Assembly (NCBI RefSeq): GCF_003334385.1 | Contig: NZ_QOWN01000004.1 | Reading direction: 5' to 3' (one strand) | Source: Escherichia coli | GTDB taxonomy: Bacteria; Pseudomonadota; Gammaproteobacteria; Enterobacterales; Enterobacteriaceae | DNA: 64,000 nucleotides | Part shown: positions 33,723-43,544 of the stretch, piece by piece | Layout of the letters: each line of letters starts with the position of its first letter | Numbering within the stretch: the stretch's first letter is position 1 | Notes under the pieces: generated by a model | The model's database searches: none | What the model saw: only the letters and a program-made list of their open reading frames with translations | Told to the model about the DNA's origin: nothing | Position numbers and translations under genes: made by a program

Positions 33723-34621
33723 TGGCAATTACCAATAACGCTGCCGCAGGGAGCCAGATCCGTCTGCTGTGCATGATCGACCGGGTACTGAATCGGCGGA
33801 CCGGACAGGCGATCCCGATGGTAGATTTGATTGAATTACTGCGCCCGGAGATGCTGCCCGTCAGCGATGGCGCGAGAAAACGTCTGCCCGCCGAAGTCTC
33901 TTTCTGGACAAAAGAAGGGTTGTGGAAAAATGAGAGCGCTGGCCTGAGTCAACAGTCGCCGCTTTCCAGCGAACGTAATCTGCCCGCACGGGTTTTGCGT
34001 ACGCTAATTAACAGTGAGAAAACGACGCCGCTGCTGACTGGAACGCGCGGTCAGCCCTTGCTGATGTGTGTCACCTCCATGCTTGCACAGGAAAAATATA
34101 CGTTACGTGGAAGCACGCCGCTGACAAAAGAGGCGGTGCCGCTGGCCGTTGGCCCCATGATTAATAATAAATTAGCAGGTGAGGGGCGACGTAACCTCAA
34201 CGTCTCTAACGAAGCAGAATCCTTCCTGAATTACGCGTATTTTCTCGGTTTTACAGAACCTTATCTGAATGGCTGGGTGATGGACCCTACCCGCGCCATT
34301 GAAGGAATTTTGGATAACCTGGGGCTTACCGCCGGGATGCCAATTCAGGAGTTCCTCAGCCAACTGGCGGAGTTTCTGCCAATGCTGGATGGGGGAGCCT
34401 ACCGTCAGCAGGTAGAACCGATGATCTCTGCTGACAACTGGCAACCGCTGGAGAAACATATGATTAGTGCTTCTTTGAGCCAGGCGTTGTTTCGTCTTGA
34501 GCTGACTATGCAGTTGGTTTTCAGTTCGCGTTCTGATGACCTGGACGCCATGGTCCTGCAAGGTCCGGATGGCAGCCTGCGTCGTATCAGTACCGTTAGC
34601 CCTGGGGAGGCAAGAAAATGA
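33722..34621 (+). CDS. Hypothetical protein, 299 aa, operon member
   Basis: GTG start shares its G with the upstream TAG (TAGTG); stop overlaps the next start (ATGA). No recognisable motif. Confidence 0.6.
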   Translation: MAITNNAAAGSQIRLLCMIDRVLNRRTGQAIPMVDLIELLRPEMLPVSDGARKRLPAEVSFWTKEGLWKNESAGLSQQSPLSSERNLPARVLRTLINSEKTTPLLTGTRGQPLLMCVTSMLAQEKYTLRGSTPLTKEAVPLAVGPMINNKLAGEGRRNLNVSNEAESFLNYAYFLGFTEPYLNGWVMDPTRAIEGILDNLGLTAGMPIQEFLSQLAEFLPMLDGGAYRQQVEPMISADNWQPLEKHMISASLSQALFRLELTMQLVFSSRSDDLDAMVLQGPDGSLRRISTVSPGEARK

Positions 34622-37600
34622 GAATGATCGAATACTGGCCTTCCTTGAAAAACATCAATGAATGTATTCGCACCGAGGCGGAAGAGTTGGCGGAGTACAC
34701 CTTACTGGCCGTGCATCAACCGGTGAATTTGCTGCGTCGTGATAAAGACGGCAACAACCTCGGATATGCGAAAGAAGAGGATCTGCTCAACCACTTTCTG
34801 GAAACGCCGCGCCCAATCCCGGTAGTGGGTAAAGCTGGGGTGGGGAAATCGCACATCATCCGCTGGTTGGATGCGAAACTGCGATTGCGCCAGGAGTACA
34901 AAGACAAGAAGTGGCACATTGTTCGTATTCCCAAAAGTGCCAGCCTGCGTGAAGTTCTCACCTCAATGCTGGCTGGCCTGGAAGGCGAGATCTTCGACGA
35001 GGCGCGGGAAGACATCAATAAGGTGTCGGATAAACGCACTCCTCGCGAGATTGCTGAATGGCTACTGATGCTGATGGGGCAAGAGCTGCGCAACCTGCAT
35101 GAACGCAACAAGCAGGATATGGAAGCACTGAAAAAACAGATGGCGGGGAGTACTCCTGAGCAGTTAAAAGCCATGAAGCCTCAGGCGACACGGCTCCAGA
35201 AAATCCACATCCACGCTGAAGATAATGCATTGCCAACGCTGATTAACGATGCCTACTTCAAGCAGTTTTTGTTGAAAGAAGAGCACTGCCTCTATCGTCT
35301 TGCCAGCCGTCTGACCAACGGCGCAACCAGCAGCGATCTCGACGAAGGGGAACAGCAACTTCAGGCCAAAGACCTTGATTTCAGCTTTAACATCAATGAC
35401 CTCAGTCTGCCGGCGCGTCAGTATATTCAGAAAAGCCGCCTTAATACGCATGAGGACGGGCGCAAAGATGCCTCCGAGATCCTCAACCTGGTGCTGGGTA
35501 AAGCGACGCAGGCGCTGTTTAACCAGCTCTTCAACTTCCGTGGCCGCAGTTTCTCCGACCTGTTTACTCAGATTCGTCAGGCGCTACATGAAAAGCATAT
35601 GACGCTGATGGTGCTGGTAGAGGATATGTCGCTCATCACCGCGATCGAAGATGTGCTGATCGACAGCCTGGAAAGGGAAGGGATCCGAGACGGGAAAGAG
35701 GTGCTGTGCCCTGTGTGTTCAGCCATTGCCGTTACTGACGGTTATCAGGGGTATGCCCGCCGCCGTCAGGGGATGCTGGATCGCGCGAAGGGTGAATGGG
35801 TGATCGAAGAGGTAGGGAGCGGGCGCGAAGAGACGCGACTGCGTATTGTCGATTTTTGTGGTCGATACATCAACGCGGCCCGCTTTGGGAGCGAAGCCTT
35901 ATTACAGCGCTGGGAGCAAGCCGCCGATAAATCTCACTGGCCACCTGACTGGGAAGCCAGCGCAAACGGTGACGAAATGGCCGAAGTGTTTGGGCGAAGC
36001 GAGCAAGGTTTTTCTTTGTATCCCTTCAACGCTAGCGCTATCCATGCGTTGGCAGAGGCATTCTGCCGCGACGATCGCAACGAATTAAAATTCAACCCAC
36101 GTCAGATCATCAACCAGATACTGTTGCGTGTACTACAGCACTGTCGCCGTGATGCCGATGAGGGACGCTTTCCACCTCCGCGTCTTGGCGATATTGCTGC
36201 TCCGGCAGGGCTTCGAAGCTGGCTGTTCCGCCAGGGCTTTGCCGATACCGAGCGTGCCGAATCCGTGGTCGCGCTGTGGGGTTATCCCGCCGATTCCGAC
36301 GCCACTTTGGCCAGTACGCTGCCGCCTGACGTTGCGCGCAGTTTCGATCTGGAAGATCTGGCGCAGGTGCTGGAAAACACAAAAAGTGCCCCGCTAGTTG
36401 AACAATCGGTGATGCCAACGCGGGTGACCAAAGTTGAGCAGCAGGTTAAAAAAACCGTGCAGCCACCTAAACCAGTGAAACCCGTGCTCAAGGAGGATAA
36501 AGATACCTTGGCTATCCGCGCGCTGGATGCAGCGGTGGGCGACTGGATGCTAAAAGGCGCGCCGCTTGAGATCGATCCTGCACGATATATCAAAAGCTCC
36601 CTGGCCTTTTTCTTTGATAAGCGCGCCGTGGCGGAATGGGCGGGCAGCAGCTATCGGCCGACCCTTTGGTTGGGTAAATCCAACTTTGTTGCCGTTGAGT
36701 TACCTAACGCGCAGGGTAACCGTGGCGTACATGTGGTGAAATTTATTTCCCAGTCCGAATACGACAAGCGCTCGGTGCAATTAACGGATGCCGCGATGGC
36801 GCTGGCGCGGTTTGGCTACTACAGAGAAAACTCCTTAACTAAGACCGAGGACTGGAGCTACCCGGAGGGCAAAACGGATTACCTGATTATTCAGAGCTTC
36901 TGCGATCGCTGGGTTAACTATGCGCTGACGGAACTCGTTAAGCATAAGCGCAACGATCTGCCACTGCTTCTCAGCGAGCAGATTGCACTTGCCGATGCGC
37001 TGGGGGTGATTAAAACGGCCGATGGTCCGAAAGAGGTGCTTGGGCGACTGCTGCAAAACAGCAAAACGCTTTCTTCACAGTTCCGCACCGGGATCACGAA
37101 GGCAATTACCGAACTGCGAGGAGAGGCGTTAGCAAAGTGGGATGATGCCCAGGACGCATGGCTCAGCCTGGTGGCGCTAAACGATCATGCGCTGGAAGGC
37201 GATCTCCTGCTGAGTGCGATACAAAAGGTGTTAAAAAAACGCTCAAATAACACACACGCAGCCGTGGTGAAAAAGTCGCTCAGTGAAATCCGCCCCGCAC
37301 TGGATACTGCTGCTCTGTTTGCCGACTGTGAAAATGCGGATGATTTTTCCGAACTCGTCACCGGCCTGACTCAGTTGGTTAAATCCCTTGGGGATAGCGG
37401 TGATTATCCTGCGGATATGACACCCGACAGTAGTACGCTTGCGAACTCTCTGACTGGGTTAACGGAAGGTGGAGTCTGGTTGACGATCCTCAAGTTGCGA
37501 GGCATTACGCAATCTGAAGATCCGCTTCGCCAATGGCAGTTACTTTGCGAACTGGACGGTACTTTAATTAACCGACTCATATTCACAATCAGTGGCTGGC

Positions 37601-37767
37601 AGCAGGTCAACAAGCGGGTGCTAGCGAATATTACCGCCTACAACCATTCGCATGGCAGTCACCAGATCAGCGAATTTCGCACGCAGATTGAAAGCACGTT
37701 GCAGGAACTTCATCAGGTCCTCGACGCCATGCAGTCCGTCGCAGGGGAACAGTATGACAACGCTTAA
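34618..37767 (+). CDS. Large P-loop NTPase-like protein, 1049 aa
   Basis: Walker A-like PVVGKAGVGKSH near the N-terminus; the rest has no motifs I recognise. Confidence 0.65.
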   Translation: MRMIEYWPSLKNINECIRTEAEELAEYTLLAVHQPVNLLRRDKDGNNLGYAKEEDLLNHFLETPRPIPVVGKAGVGKSHIIRWLDAKLRLRQEYKDKKWHIVRIPKSASLREVLTSMLAGLEGEIFDEAREDINKVSDKRTPREIAEWLLMLMGQELRNLHERNKQDMEALKKQMAGSTPEQLKAMKPQATRLQKIHIHAEDNALPTLINDAYFKQFLLKEEHCLYRLASRLTNGATSSDLDEGEQQLQAKDLDFSFNINDLSLPARQYIQKSRLNTHEDGRKDASEILNLVLGKATQALFNQLFNFRGRSFSDLFTQIRQALHEKHMTLMVLVEDMSLITAIEDVLIDSLEREGIRDGKEVLCPVCSAIAVTDGYQGYARRRQGMLDRAKGEWVIEEVGSGREETRLRIVDFCGRYINAARFGSEALLQRWEQAADKSHWPPDWEASANGDEMAEVFGRSEQGFSLYPFNASAIHALAEAFCRDDRNELKFNPRQIINQILLRVLQHCRRDADEGRFPPPRLGDIAAPAGLRSWLFRQGFADTERAESVVALWGYPADSDATLASTLPPDVARSFDLEDLAQVLENTKSAPLVEQSVMPTRVTKVEQQVKKTVQPPKPVKPVLKEDKDTLAIRALDAAVGDWMLKGAPLEIDPARYIKSSLAFFFDKRAVAEWAGSSYRPTLWLGKSNFVAVELPNAQGNRGVHVVKFISQSEYDKRSVQLTDAAMALARFGYYRENSLTKTEDWSYPEGKTDYLIIQSFCDRWVNYALTELVKHKRNDLPLLLSEQIALADALGVIKTADGPKEVLGRLLQNSKTLSSQFRTGITKAITELRGEALAKWDDAQDAWLSLVALNDHALEGDLLLSAIQKVLKKRSNNTHAAVVKKSLSEIRPALDTAALFADCENADDFSELVTGLTQLVKSLGDSGDYPADMTPDSSTLANSLTGLTEGGVWLTILKLRGITQSEDPLRQWQLLCELDGTLINRLIFTISGWQQVNKRVLANITAYNHSHGSHQISEFRTQIESTLQELHQVLDAMQSVAGEQYDNA

Positions 37768-38488
37768 GACCCAACTTACGCAACTGCGGGAGCAGTATCA
37801 GATAAAACAGCAGGTTCAGTCGCTGGAAGAGGTCTACGATCGGTACCGCACCATTCGTGACGGCTTGCTGGATGTTGCCGAACCGCTGCAAAAAGCCCAA
37901 AAGCAACTTGAAGTGATCGGAACGCTACCGGAACCACACTCCGCTATCGATTTTTCGCAAGAGGCGGCGCTTTTCGGCGGTGCCAAAACGCAGTTGGATG
38001 CGCTGACGGCGCGCTTCAAAGAAAGTGGCGATAAAACCGAGCAGTGCGGGTTTTGGGAAACGGTGCGGGTTCTGAAGAGCGTACATGAAAGTATTGATGA
38101 TAAGGTGGATGCAACCTGGAAAGCGTTTGTTGCCGATCTTGAAGCGCGCGCAACGCTGGATCCCGTCTTTCTGGAACAACAGCGGACGCTGGGGAACGTG
38201 TTGGTGTATGACGATTATCGCAAAGCGCGCGATAACTTTAATCGGCAGAAGTTAAGCGGGCCAGACAGCCTGTCGGTGGTAAAAAACCTGCAGAAGTATA
38301 GCGATGAGATGATCGCGCTTAAACGTTCAATGGACCTGGATGCGCCAGACGATGTTCTGCGCTTTTTTGAGGCGCTGGACAGACATAATCATGCCTCGCT
38401 TACGCTGCTGACGCCGGGCGTGATTACCTGGCTGGAAGAAAAAGATATGCTGCCAGCGTTTAACGTGACACGTAAGAGAATGATTTAA
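37754..38488 (+). CDS. Hypothetical coiled-coil protein, ~245 aa
   Basis: Start placed at ATG 37754 (MTTLKTQLTQLREQYQ...), overlapping the upstream gene by 14 nt; the track ORF from 37652 is an in-frame extension inside the upstream CDS. Stop overlaps the next start (TAATG). Confidence 0.55.
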   Translation: MTTLKTQLTQLREQYQIKQQVQSLEEVYDRYRTIRDGLLDVAEPLQKAQKQLEVIGTLPEPHSAIDFSQEAALFGGAKTQLDALTARFKESGDKTEQCGFWETVRVLKSVHESIDDKVDATWKAFVADLEARATLDPVFLEQQRTLGNVLVYDDYRKARDNFNRQKLSGPDSLSVVKNLQKYSDEMIALKRSMDLDAPDDVLRFFEALDRHNHASLTLLTPGVITWLEEKDMLPAFNVTRKRMI

Positions 38489-41400
38489 TGAAGGGAATCG
38501 ATCTTTCGCTTTTGCAACGCGTGCTAGATGCACTGGAAGAACAAGAAAATGCGCTCCTGGTATGGGGTGACACGGGCGGCTTTTTTAATCTGGATGAACT
38601 TTTAAGCGTTATCGGACGGGTTTTACCTGACGAAGATGCCGAAGTGGTTCTGGATCAAATGCTAGAGGCCGCTATGCTGATCCAGGTGCCGCACGTCAGT
38701 GGCACGCCTGTCTGGCGAACCCGAATGGGGGAGACGGTCCATCTCATGCGCAACCTGCGCCAGTGGATGCATAAGCAAAAACTGGACCAGAGCAAAACGC
38801 TGGTATCGGACTATCGCTTTATTCGCCGGCCGCGCAGCTATCCCGACCGCGTTTACGAACCGGCAACGCTGATTAGCGGCTGGAAAAAACAGCTGAAATT
38901 AAGCGATCGCGTTTGTGACATCATGCGCCAGGCGCTGGCGTCAGATAAGCCCTTCCTTCTGGCGGGTTTTCAGGTGCGCGCTACCGAACGCATTATGCAG
39001 TGCTGGCAGGATCATCAGGTGAAAAGCAACACGGCCAGCGGGACCATTGTCTGTGCTGGCACCGGTAGCGGTAAAACGCTGTCGTTTTACCTGCCTGCGC
39101 TAACCCGTCTCGCTGAGGATATTTGCAACAACCCTGAGCGCAAGGTGCGCATTCTCGCCATCTATCCGCGAAAAGAGTTGCTCAAGGACCAGTTTGCCGA
39201 AACTTTTTCACAGTGCCGCAAGCTTGACGACTATATGCTCACGGCGGCCGGAAGAAAAATTCGTATCGGTGCCTTTTTTGGCGATACACCGGTGAAGGCG
39301 GAATGGTCTAAGGAAGACGTTAAGGGGAAGGTTGGTCTGCCGTTCGGGTTGATGAAATGCCAGCAGCCCCACCCGCATCATCCTAAGCAGAGGTGCGGAG
39401 GGGCTCTCATTTGGCGTCGTGAGGACGTATTTGGCGAGCGTGAGGTACTTACCTGTACGCAGTGCCAGCATCAGGTGGATCAGAGTGAAATCATGATCAC
39501 CCGTGATGCGCAGCAACATCGCGGCGACGCGCCGGACATTCTGTTTACCACAACGGAAATGTTGAACCTCCAGATGAACTCCACCTGGAGCAACCACCTG
39601 TTTGGCGTCGGCGAGGGCTATGGGCCGACGCTGGTTCTGCTCGATGAGGTCCACACCTACAGCGGAACCACCGGCGCGCAAACTGCGTTTCTGCTGCGGC
39701 GCTGGATGCAGCGCACCGATTGTTTGCCGCATTTTGTTGGCCTGTCTGCAACGCTTACCGACGCGCAGCACTTCTTTGCCAGGTTGGTGGGTGCCGCTGA
39801 GGAGCAGGTTGCGCTGATCCAGCCCTACATGGAAGATATGATCGAAGAGGGGGCCGAGTACCTGCTGGCGCTGCGCGGCGATCCGGTTTCTGAAACGGCA
39901 TTACTCTCCACCACCATCCAGGCCAGTATGCTAATGGCGCGCATGCTGGATAGCAAAGCGAATAAGTCGCAAGGTACGTGGGGCAAGAAGACCTTCATCT
40001 TCACCGACACTCTCGACGGTAACAACCGTTTGTACCATGACCTCAGCGATGCCGAAGGTTGGGAGACGGGCCCAGGGCACTCGCGCATTGATCACTCACC
40101 GTTGGCTGTGTTACGTAGCCCTTTTGATAATACTGCACCTGAGCGGTCTAAAACCGAACTGGGGCAAAACTGGAGGGCGGCCACGGATATTGGCCACGAC
40201 CTCGCGGAAAACAAAGTCATTTCCCGAACGTCGAGCCAGGATGCCGGCGTTGATGCATCAGCGGATGTCGTGGTCGCCACCTCTTCGCTCGAGGTGGGGT
40301 ATAACGATCCGCTGGTCGGTGCCGTTCTTCAGCATAAGGCGCCGAACGATGTCGCCTCCTATTTGCAGCGTAAAGGTCGTGCCGGACGTCCACGAGGCAT
40401 GCGTCCCTGGATGCTGGTGGTGCTCTCCGAGTTTGGCCGCGATCGCGTCGAGTTCCAGCGTTATGAAGGGCTAATGAGCCCGGAGATCAAACGTCAGGGT
40501 CTGCCGCTGGACAACCAGCACGTACAGAAAATGCAGGCAGCAATGGCAACCCTCGACTGGATCAGCAAAGTCGGTCAGTTCAAAGATCTCTGGAGCATGT
40601 TGAAAAAAGCTGAGCATAATCAGCTGAAATACAATCGAATGTATGGCCCGCTTATCAAACTGATTGAAGAGGTGCTGAGCGGCGGCAGGCGGTTGAACGA
40701 ATTGATGCGCTACCTTCAGGATGCTCTGCAATTATCTGATGGCGCGGTGCAGAATATCCTCTGGAGCCCGCCGCGCTCGATCATGTTTGAGTTTCTACCA
40801 ACCATACTGCGTAACCTCAGAACGCGCTGGTCGGTTAACGGCGTGGAGTGGGCCGGACTGCGTCCGAATCAGCCAAATAGCGAGGGCGAACAGCACCGGA
40901 GCAATTCACCCGTCCCGGAATACATCCCGCAGAACCTGTTTAGCGAGCTAAACTTGCCGGAACTGGACATTCGCCTGAAGCGTGGATTTGACGATGAAGA
41001 CCACTGGGAAACTCTCTCTTTCTGGCAGGGAATACGTGAATTTGCGCCTGGGCGACTCTCTAAACGCTATGCCGTCAAATCGAACAAAAGTACCGACTGG
41101 CTGGTGCCACAATCCTACGAGCCGATGGCAGGGGAAGGGCGGCAATTTGTTGATTTCCAGATAAGCGATGCGTTCGGCGATAGCTGGCAAAACGAGTATG
41201 AAGTTGACTATATGGGAAAAACCATCAAGGTTGTTAAACCGTCGAAGGTCATGACCACTCGGGCCGACATTCGCCGGATCAATGATAAAAGTAATGCGCA
41301 ACTGCAATGGGTGTTCAACGTCATTAACCCCGCTATTGCTACGCCAGACGAGGTGCCGAAGGGACCCTGGAAGCACACGCTGAGCGATGTCACGTTCTAC

Positions 41401-43002
41401 AACCACCAGCATATGACCCCGCTGGAACTGGTCCGCTTTTCTACTGGATCGCAGGCGTCGCTCCGGTTCAGGAATAAGGAACGGGCTCACGTTGATTTCA
41501 CCTGGGTTAATGGCGAGGAACAGGTTGGCGTAGGAAGTCGTCAATGGGTGGATGCAATGCGCCTGCGTTTTAACCTCACCTGTGATGATGTGCTTGGTCT
41601 GCTACATCAAGAAGAAATCCAGCGAGGCATGCGCCCCGTTTATTTTCAACATCTTGTAAGACAGTCGCCGGAATTTGAATTTGACAGCTTCAACGCGGAC
41701 TGGGCCATTGAGTGTTTTATGGCTCAGCTTGCGGAGACACTGGCAAACGGCGCTCACGCCTCGGTTGAGTCGGCATTACGAGAAATGGCCTCCGAAAAAG
41801 GGGGAGAAAGGCTGGCAGATATTCCGGCCAGCCTGTTCCAGCCGGATACCGACAATGAAACAGGCACTGATCAGGCGCTACAGATTGGCCTCAACAAACT
41901 TCTTCAGCGACCGGAAATACAGCAGTTGCTGCTGAACTGCGCGCAAGCGCTCTGGAAACCCCTGGATGAAATCGACGGTTTTGTTGAATGGGCACGCCAG
42001 GTATTAGCGGACACCCTGGCTGCGGGTGTGCAGCAAACGCTAAGCACGCTGCTTCCGGACGTTGATGAGCGAGCGGTAGTGACGGATTCCAGTTGGATGA
42101 GCGATCCCCGCAAGGGAGCAGAATGGCTGGAAATCTGGCTCTGTGAGATGGAGTCTGGCGGCAGCGGTATTCTGATTCGTTTACAGCAGAAGTGGGCTGA
42201 AGATCCTGTCTCCTTCCTCAATGTACTAGTGCGTAATCTTTCAGCCAGCGACTACGAGCAGATCGATTACGATCTGCGAACTGTGTTGCAGATGATGCAA
42301 ACGGATGACACGCTTCGTATGGCGATCTCAGCCGTACGTGAAGCCAGCAACATGGACGCCCGGCGGGAGGCTAACAAGAATCTGCATTTGCAGCTTTCAC
42401 AGCGCGGTATGCGCCTTTCCCACAGCTTTACCACGGTGCTGTACTCGCGGATTCTGCGGGCGGGCAGCGGCGAGCACACAGATACCCAGCTTTATCAGCT
42501 ACTGTCGGACTGGTCGTCGCTTGAAGCGAGCGCGGGTATTGAATTCAGTATGAACACCATGGCGCACGCGTTGGCGGTGAACTCGCTTGGCGTAGAAACT
42601 GATGCTTCCGTCGTGTTTGACGAGCAGTGCCGGAATCAAAACCTGCTCTGGCCACGAGGCTATACGATCCGACAGGCTGAGCTCGGCTTTTACAATATGT
42701 TTTGCTCGCGCAAAGTCACAACCGAGCGTCTGCTTGCTGGCGCGTTATTTAGCGAGCAAATCGAAAAGATCGCCCTTGACGATGACTGGCTTGGGCATTT
42801 GCATGCGGCGCTGCGTAAAGGCGGTCGTGCGGAACTGATCCTCACTCGCCAGCAGCGAAATCAATTACATCAGGTCATTACCACCGTGCAAATTGAACCC
42901 GTCGATCATTTGGGACTGCTGCTGTATCCGCGTCTCGGTGAAGTCCGCCGTGAGCAGGATGTGCTCATATTGCGTATTGAACTGGCAGAGGCGATGCAAT
43001 GA
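38488..43002 (+). CDS. Giant DExH-box helicase with zinc-ribbon insert, 1504 aa
   Basis: Motifs CAGTGSGKTLSF (I), VLLDEVHTY (II), GLSATL (III), VVATSSLEVGYND (V), QRKGRAGRPRG (VI); C4 cluster CQQPHPHHPKQRC...CTQC between motifs I and II; ~900-aa C-terminal extension without obvious motifs. Confidence 0.8.
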   Translation: MKGIDLSLLQRVLDALEEQENALLVWGDTGGFFNLDELLSVIGRVLPDEDAEVVLDQMLEAAMLIQVPHVSGTPVWRTRMGETVHLMRNLRQWMHKQKLDQSKTLVSDYRFIRRPRSYPDRVYEPATLISGWKKQLKLSDRVCDIMRQALASDKPFLLAGFQVRATERIMQCWQDHQVKSNTASGTIVCAGTGSGKTLSFYLPALTRLAEDICNNPERKVRILAIYPRKELLKDQFAETFSQCRKLDDYMLTAAGRKIRIGAFFGDTPVKAEWSKEDVKGKVGLPFGLMKCQQPHPHHPKQRCGGALIWRREDVFGEREVLTCTQCQHQVDQSEIMITRDAQQHRGDAPDILFTTTEMLNLQMNSTWSNHLFGVGEGYGPTLVLLDEVHTYSGTTGAQTAFLLRRWMQRTDCLPHFVGLSATLTDAQHFFARLVGAAEEQVALIQPYMEDMIEEGAEYLLALRGDPVSETALLSTTIQASMLMARMLDSKANKSQGTWGKKTFIFTDTLDGNNRLYHDLSDAEGWETGPGHSRIDHSPLAVLRSPFDNTAPERSKTELGQNWRAATDIGHDLAENKVISRTSSQDAGVDASADVVVATSSLEVGYNDPLVGAVLQHKAPNDVASYLQRKGRAGRPRGMRPWMLVVLSEFGRDRVEFQRYEGLMSPEIKRQGLPLDNQHVQKMQAAMATLDWISKVGQFKDLWSMLKKAEHNQLKYNRMYGPLIKLIEEVLSGGRRLNELMRYLQDALQLSDGAVQNILWSPPRSIMFEFLPTILRNLRTRWSVNGVEWAGLRPNQPNSEGEQHRSNSPVPEYIPQNLFSELNLPELDIRLKRGFDDEDHWETLSFWQGIREFAPGRLSKRYAVKSNKSTDWLVPQSYEPMAGEGRQFVDFQISDAFGDSWQNEYEVDYMGKTIKVVKPSKVMTTRADIRRINDKSNAQLQWVFNVINPAIATPDEVPKGPWKHTLSDVTFYNHQHMTPLELVRFSTGSQASLRFRNKERAHVDFTWVNGEEQVGVGSRQWVDAMRLRFNLTCDDVLGLLHQEEIQRGMRPVYFQHLVRQSPEFEFDSFNADWAIECFMAQLAETLANGAHASVESALREMASEKGGERLADIPASLFQPDTDNETGTDQALQIGLNKLLQRPEIQQLLLNCAQALWKPLDEIDGFVEWARQVLADTLAAGVQQTLSTLLPDVDERAVVTDSSWMSDPRKGAEWLEIWLCEMESGGSGILIRLQQKWAEDPVSFLNVLVRNLSASDYEQIDYDLRTVLQMMQTDDTLRMAISAVREASNMDARREANKNLHLQLSQRGMRLSHSFTTVLYSRILRAGSGEHTDTQLYQLLSDWSSLEASAGIEFSMNTMAHALAVNSLGVETDASVVFDEQCRNQNLLWPRGYTIRQAELGFYNMFCSRKVTTERLLAGALFSEQIEKIALDDDWLGHLHAALRKGGRAELILTRQQRNQLHQVITTVQIEPVDHLGLLLYPRLGEVRREQDVLILRIELAEAMQ

Positions 43003-43544
43003 TCGGACGTGCAAAACAGCGGCAGATTTTTTTACATGGCTCCGCAGGGCACCGGCAGTTGCGAGAAGTCCTCAGCGCCCAGGTTGTTGCTCTGATTATG
43101 CAGCCAGAGCCAATCTGGCTGGTTTCGCCGTGGGTGAGTAACTTCTCACTACTGGACAATCGCTCAGGCAATTGGGACAGCATTGATCCCGCGTGGGGAG
43201 GCCGGGAGGTGGATTTCATTGAGCTGTTAGCCTGTGCGGTGAATAACGGCGCGCCGCTTTCGCTGGTCACCCGCGACGAACCGATGAACCGTATCTTTGT
43301 AAAAGCGCTGGAAAAACGCCTGAGTAACTTTGCGACCTTTCGTTTGGAATGGCGTAACCAGTTGCATACAAAAGGTTTTCTGACGCCAAATTTTTTTCTC
43401 AAGGGCTCGATGAATTTTACCCGGAGCGGTGTTAATCGAAATGAAGAATTTGTCGAACTGAACTGCGATTCGCATATGATCGGTGAAGCGATGGCCGAAT
43501 TTGAAAGTCAGTATCTTTTTATTGGATCAAAGGAAGCGTTCTGA
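42999..43544 (+). CDS. Phospholipase D-family nuclease with a single HKD motif, 181 aa
   Basis: HTKGFLTPNFFLKGSMNFT fits HxK-x4-x-x6-GSxN of PLD/Nuc-family endonucleases; start overlaps the helicase stop (ATGA). Confidence 0.7.
   Translation: MIGRAKQRQIFLHGSAGHRQLREVLSAQVVALIMQPEPIWLVSPWVSNFSLLDNRSGNWDSIDPAWGGREVDFIELLACAVNNGAPLSLVTRDEPMNRIFVKALEKRLSNFATFRLEWRNQLHTKGFLTPNFFLKGSMNFTRSGVNRNEEFVELNCDSHMIGEAMAEFESQYLFIGSKEAF

Noticed and set aside
37652-37753. N-terminal extension of the coiled-coil gene given by the ORF track (start 37652)
   Set aside because: This stretch lies inside the upstream 1049-aa CDS in another frame; the ATG at 37754 gives the short overlap typical of the other operon junctions.
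39208-39771. 187-aa minus-strand ORF inside the giant helicase gene
   Set aside because: Antisense to a region containing helicase motifs I and II; no independent support.
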